Positions 36,327 to 40,014 of a stretch of DNA of 40,014 nt are shown here, one piece after another. Within the stretch, counting starts at the first letter, position 1; each line of letters begins with the position of its first letter. A program made the translations under genes and the position numbers. Under the pieces are notes generated by a model that saw only the letters and a program-made list of their open reading frames with translations, made no database searches and was not told the origin of the DNA. This DNA is from an uncultured Acidobacteriaceae bacterium. Its GTDB lineage: Bacteria > Acidobacteriota > Terriglobia > Terriglobales > Acidobacteriaceae. The stretch spans positions 1-40,014 of the forward strand of contig CAXUIF010000003.1 in NCBI GenBank assembly GCA_964250995.1, given 5' to 3'.

Positions 36327-38123
36327 ATGGCTTCCATGTTGGGAAAGTGTTCAGCGCTCCTCCGTGCAGCGGCTTTGTGTTGCGGTGGCGCCGCGGCCTT
36401 CGCGCAGGGTAGCGCCGTGGCCTTCGCGCAGGGTGGCGCCGATGCCGGGAAGGTGGCCTCGGGTGGCGCCGCGGTGGTCCCAGGCAAGTTTACGGACGCC
36501 ACGGCTGCGAGCGGCATTCTCTTTACCGGGGTCGCCTCGCACACCAGCCATAAGTACCTGATCGAGACCATGGGATCGGGTGTCGCGGCCTTTGACTTCG
36601 ACAACGATGGGCGGCTGGACCTCTTCTTCGTGAACGGCGCGCCGCTGAGCGATCCAATGACGAAGGGCGCGGTGCCCAAGAAGCAAGGGCCCAAGGATTG
36701 GAACCGGCTCTTCCACCAGCGCAGGGACGGAACCTTCGAAGATGTCACTGAGAAGGCGGGCTTGCAGGGGGTCGGGTACGGCATGGGCGTCGCGGTCGGC
36801 GACTTCGATAACGATGGCTTTGAAGACCTGTATGTGACCGAGTACGGCGGCAATCACCTCTACCATAACAACGGCAACGGGACGTTCATGGACGTGACTG
36901 CGCGCTCGGGCGTGGGCGGCGATCCGGCTTCAGGCGGCGCGTGGTCGACGAGCGCGGCCTGGGTGGACCTGGACAACGATGGGCGGCTCGACCTCGTCGT
37001 GCTGCGGTATGTGCGCTGGGACTGGGAAGACGTGTGGTGTGGCGAGCATCGCGAGGGCTATCGGGCCTACTGTCATCCTGATATCTTCCCGGCCATCGCG
37101 CCGCTGGTGTACCGCAACAACGGCGACGGCACCTTCACCGAGCAAGCCGCGAAGATGGGGCTTGCCACACCCGGCAAAGGCTTGGGGATTGCCCTGGCCG
37201 ACTTCGACCGCGACGGCAAGATCGACCTGGCGGTGGCCAACGATTCCATGCCGGAGTTCCTCTACCACAACAAAGGCGATGGGACCTTCGAGGAGACCGG
37301 CCTTACCGCGGAGATCGCCGTGGACGGGGACGGGCGCACGTACGCGGGCATGGGCATCGACTTCCAGGACTACGACAACGACGGTCTTCCGGATCTCGTG
37401 ATTACGAATCTGGCCAACCAGAAATACGCGCTCTATCGCAACAACGGCGACGGCTCATTCACCTACGACACGTATGTCTCGGGGCTTGCGCCGATGACGC
37501 TGCTCCATTCAGGGTGGGGCATCCACTTTCTGGACTACGACAACGATGGCAGGAAGGATCTGCTCATCGCGCAGGGGCACGATCTCGATACCGTAGAGCT
37601 GAACTATCCGCAGCTGCACTACAAGGAGCCCATGCTGCTGGCGCGCAACCTGGGAGCGGGCAAGTTTGCTGACGTCTCAGCGCAGTCGGGCGCGGTGTTT
37701 CAGCAGCCATGGGTGGGGCGCGGCATGGCGGTGGGCGATCTGGACAACGATGGCCGCGTCGATGCGGTGGTAAGCACCAACGGCGGCGCGCCCCACCTGC
37801 TGCACAACGAAACGCCGACGCCGAACCACTGGCTGACGCTGCTGCTGGTGGGCCACAAGAGCAATCGCGATGCGATCGGGGCGGAGATCAAAGTGACTTC
37901 GGCGCATACCACGCAATACGCGACGGTATCGACCGCGGGCAGCTATCTGTCTTCCAACGATAAGCGCGCGCACTTCGGACTCGGACCGGATACCCAGGCA
38001 ACGACTGTGGAGATTCGCTGGCCAAGCGGGATACGGCAGCTGCTGAAGAATGTGGCTGCGGACCAGCAGGTACGGGTAGACGAGGCGGTGCCGGGCGGCG
38101 GTGGGAACGGGACGAAGCCCTAA
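36327..38123 (+). CDS. CRTAC1-family protein (FG-GAP beta-propeller plus ASPIC/UnbV)
   Basis: Multiple D(F/Y/L)DNDGxxDL repeats. C-terminal NRDAIGA...SYLSS...HFGLG...IRWPSG. Signal peptide. Confidence 0.93.
   Translation: MASMLGKCSALLRAAALCCGGAAAFAQGSAVAFAQGGADAGKVASGGAAVVPGKFTDATAASGILFTGVASHTSHKYLIETMGSGVAAFDFDNDGRLDLFFVNGAPLSDPMTKGAVPKKQGPKDWNRLFHQRRDGTFEDVTEKAGLQGVGYGMGVAVGDFDNDGFEDLYVTEYGGNHLYHNNGNGTFMDVTARSGVGGDPASGGAWSTSAAWVDLDNDGRLDLVVLRYVRWDWEDVWCGEHREGYRAYCHPDIFPAIAPLVYRNNGDGTFTEQAAKMGLATPGKGLGIALADFDRDGKIDLAVANDSMPEFLYHNKGDGTFEETGLTAEIAVDGDGRTYAGMGIDFQDYDNDGLPDLVITNLANQKYALYRNNGDGSFTYDTYVSGLAPMTLLHSGWGIHFLDYDNDGRKDLLIAQGHDLDTVELNYPQLHYKEPMLLARNLGAGKFADVSAQSGAVFQQPWVGRGMAVGDLDNDGRVDAVVSTNGGAPHLLHNETPTPNHWLTLLLVGHKSNRDAIGAEIKVTSAHTTQYATVSTAGSYLSSNDKRAHFGLGPDTQATTVEIRWPSGIRQLLKNVAADQQVRVDEAVPGGGGNGTKP
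36384..36441 (+). repeat. 24-bp tandem duplication in the CRTAC1 signal region
   Basis: ggtggcgccgcggccttcgcgcag / ggtagcgccgtggccttcgcgcag / ggtggcgccg. Confidence 0.8.
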
Positions 38124-39034
38124 TGCCGCCCGGCGCGTTCGAGCGCGGCGGCCTCGGTCAGCTCAGCGGCGGCGCGGTCGGCAAGGCCCTGCTTGCGGTA
38201 CACCTGGCCCAGCTGGAAATGCAGCCCGGCGTTCTTGGGATCGCCCGCAACGGCTTGCTCGAGTTCGGTCTGCGCCTGCGGCAGCGCGCCGCGCCGGGCA
38301 TACGCCTTGCCCAGCGCGCCGTGGACCTTGCTGTCTTTCGGCGCCAGGCGCGCGGCTTGCTGCAGTAGCGCCAGCGCTTCGTCCAGCTGATTGCGGTCGG
38401 TGAGCAGGATGGCCAGGTTCAGCAGGGGTTGCTCACTGGGGTGAGGATCGTTTTGCTGCCAGGCGATGGCCTGCCGATAGGCCTTGATGGCCTCCTCCGG
38501 CTGGTTCAGGCCCTCATACGCCAGACCAAGGTTGTCTTCCGCCTTCACCCAACGCGGCCGGAGCTGCAGGGCGTGCTGGAAGCTTTCAATGGCGTCGTTG
38601 AAACGGTTTTCGGTCTGGCGGATGCGCCCCATGGCGTACCACGTTTCGATGTCGGCGGGGTTCTCTTGGGCAGAGCGCGCGATCCACTTGCCGGCATCGT
38701 CATAGTCGTTCAGCAGTACGTAGTCCATGGCGATCCAGCGAAAGTCCAGCGCCGACGGGGTTGCCAGCTGCGCGGCCCGGGTAAAGGTCGCCAGCGAAGC
38801 CTTGGGCTTGTTTTCGTGAAAGAGCGTGGCGCCGAGCAGGTACAGGGCCTCGGCGCTGTCCGGATGCTGCGTGAGGAACAGCCGCAGCTGGCCTTCGGCC
38901 TCGGTCCAGCGCGCCTGGTCCAGGGCCATTCTCGCGCCGGCCAGCGCGGGGTCGAGCGCGGGCAAGGGGTGGGGCTGCTGCGGCGCGCTCAGAAGCAGAG
39001 CCAGGGTAGCGCGCTGAAGAATAAAAGACAACAA
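38120..39034 (-). CDS. Tetratricopeptide repeat protein, probably exported
   Basis: Repeated TPR units (AEALYLLG, WYAMG, NLGLAY, HFQLGQVY). AAGGAG RBS before TTG at 39034. Stop overlaps the CRTAC1 stop. Confidence 0.88.
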   Translation of the reverse strand: MLSFILQRATLALLLSAPQQPHPLPALDPALAGARMALDQARWTEAEGQLRLFLTQHPDSAEALYLLGATLFHENKPKASLATFTRAAQLATPSALDFRWIAMDYVLLNDYDDAGKWIARSAQENPADIETWYAMGRIRQTENRFNDAIESFQHALQLRPRWVKAEDNLGLAYEGLNQPEEAIKAYRQAIAWQQNDPHPSEQPLLNLAILLTDRNQLDEALALLQQAARLAPKDSKVHGALGKAYARRGALPQAQTELEQAVAGDPKNAGLHFQLGQVYRKQGLADRAAAELTEAAALERAGRH

Positions 39035-39093
39035 ACACGGCTCCTTTGAAGCAGAGCAACGCGGCCCGGCTGAGGCGACAATACAGCACACGC

Positions 39094-39123
39094 TTGACAG
39101 TGGAGAAGCACAGTTCATAAGAT
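39094..39123 (+). promoter_or_regulatory. Sigma70-type promoter for the TBDR
   Basis: TTGACA-N18-TAAGAT. Confidence 0.65.
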
Positions 39124-39136
39124 TCTCCCCGAACCG

Positions 39137-39150
39137 TGTAACCGATTTCA
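39137..39150. promoter_or_regulatory. LacI-family operator O1 (TPR/TBDR divergent region)
   Basis: TGTAACCGATTTCA just downstream of the -10 box. Confidence 0.7.
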
Positions 39151-39213
39151 GGCGCAGATCAAACAGGACGCCTGAAGCTCCGATCGCAAGCTGCCGCGGA
39201 TTGCAGCGGCTTG

Positions 39214-39227
39214 TGTAAGCGATTTCG
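39214..39227. promoter_or_regulatory. LacI-family operator O2
   Basis: TGTAAGCGATTTCG, 77 bp from O1. Confidence 0.6.
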
Positions 39228-39271
39228 TCCGGTAGGACACTTGTATTCGTTATGAACGTTTAGGAGGCAGA

Positions 39272-40014
39272 GTGAGGCAAAGAAGTTTGTTGAGGTGGCT
39301 TCTGTTGTTCGTCGGCTTGTGGCTGACCGGCAACGCAGGATGGGCCCAAACCAACATGGGACAGATCGCAGGCGACGTCTTCGATCCGAGCAATGCCGTG
39401 GTTTCGAATGCGCAGATTACCGCGCGCAACGAGTCCACCGGATCGGTCTACAACGCAACCTCGACGAGCTCGGGCTCGTACCGCTTTCCGTCGATCGAAC
39501 TGGGCCGCTACACGGTGACCGTGGTTGCCCCTGGATTCCGTCAGCAGGTCAGCAAGGATGTTGAGGTTCGGGTACAGACTGTGACCAGCCTTGACCTGCA
39601 TCTGGCAACCGGTGGCGCCAACGAGACGGTGACGGTGGAAGCGGACGCTCCCGCGGTGGAAGCGCAAAGCTCGGACGTGGGCGGCAGCGTCACCGATCGG
39701 CAGATCATCGAGTTGCCCCTGGCGCTGGGCGGCGTCGGCGCCATGCGCTCCCCGGAAGCCTTCGTCTTCCTGATCCCGGGCACGGCGGGTCCCGGCACGG
39801 GCAACAGCAACAACGGCATCTTCATCTCCAAGGTCGGCGGCGGACAGAACTTCGGCAACGAAATTCTGCTCGACGGCGCCAGCCAGACACGCTCGGAGAA
39901 CGGGTCCTCCTTTGACGAAGAGGCCCTTTCCGTCGAAGCGATCTCCGAATTCAAGGTCACTACCTCGACGCCCTCCGCCGAGTTCGGTCGCACGACCGGC
40001 GGTATCGAAAACTA
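39272..40014 (+). CDS. TonB-dependent receptor with CarboxypepD_reg N-domain (3' truncated, absent from the ORF track)
   Basis: AGGAGG then GTG. MRQRSLLRWLLLFVGLWLTGNAGWA-QTNMGQIAGDVFDPSNAVV...GRYTVTVVAPGF...IIELPL...LLDG...EAISEFKVTTSTPSAEFGRTTGG, open to window end. Confidence 0.92.
   Translation, partial: MRQRSLLRWLLLFVGLWLTGNAGWAQTNMGQIAGDVFDPSNAVVSNAQITARNESTGSVYNATSTSSGSYRFPSIELGRYTVTVVAPGFRQQVSKDVEVRVQTVTSLDLHLATGGANETVTVEADAPAVEAQSSDVGGSVTDRQIIELPLALGGVGAMRSPEAFVFLIPGTAGPGTGNSNNGIFISKVGGGQNFGNEILLDGASQTRSENGSSFDEEALSVEAISEFKVTTSTPSAEFGRTTGGIEN

Noticed and set aside
24918-36853. Long antisense ORFs (24918-26528, 27367-28941, 28851-30173, 31128-32615, 33899-36853)
   Set aside because: Antisense shadows of hemE, permease, araA, GH51 and the lacI-GH5 region.
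1-40014. CRISPR arrays, tRNA/rRNA, transposases, integrases, prophage genes
   Set aside because: None detected on reading either strand; intergenic regions are short and lack periodic repeats.

Overview
GC-rich (roughly 65% by eye) bacterial chromosome segment. Gene content and style (Oar-like TonB-dependent receptors with a carboxypeptidase-regulatory N-domain, CRTAC1/ASPIC-UnbV plus TPR genes, long BamD) point to Acidobacteriota (Terriglobia); this is an inference. Left part: tldD, a small Zn-finger ORF, pmbA, a DUF4097 protein, a degenerate UvrC-like protein, rpe, bamD, a TBDR and valS. A small lower-GC islet follows (hexapeptide acyltransferase, XRE regulator), then three small proteins. 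Middle: birA-coaX-hypothetical-rlmD-comEC-hypothetical, a subclass B3 metallo-beta-lactamase, hemE, ppa and an APC permease. Right part: an arabinan/arabinose locus (araA, GH51, GH43, LacI, GH5-like, CRTAC1, TPR, partial TBDR) with five LacI-type operators. Highlights: (i) a PUL-like locus with no SusD in the window, where CRTAC1 and TPR genes sit beside the TBDR within the operator-marked region; (ii) two palindromic, REP-like in-frame insertions in hemE; (iii) a shared ECF-sigma-type promoter (GCGGAACC-N16-CGTAG) before the DUF4097 gene and the first TBDR; (iv) five apparently leaderless genes; (v) a possibly inactive UvrC/Cho paralog and a DnaD-like hypothetical. No rRNA, tRNA, CRISPR array, transposase or integrase was seen. 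All family calls come from motif recognition, not database searches.
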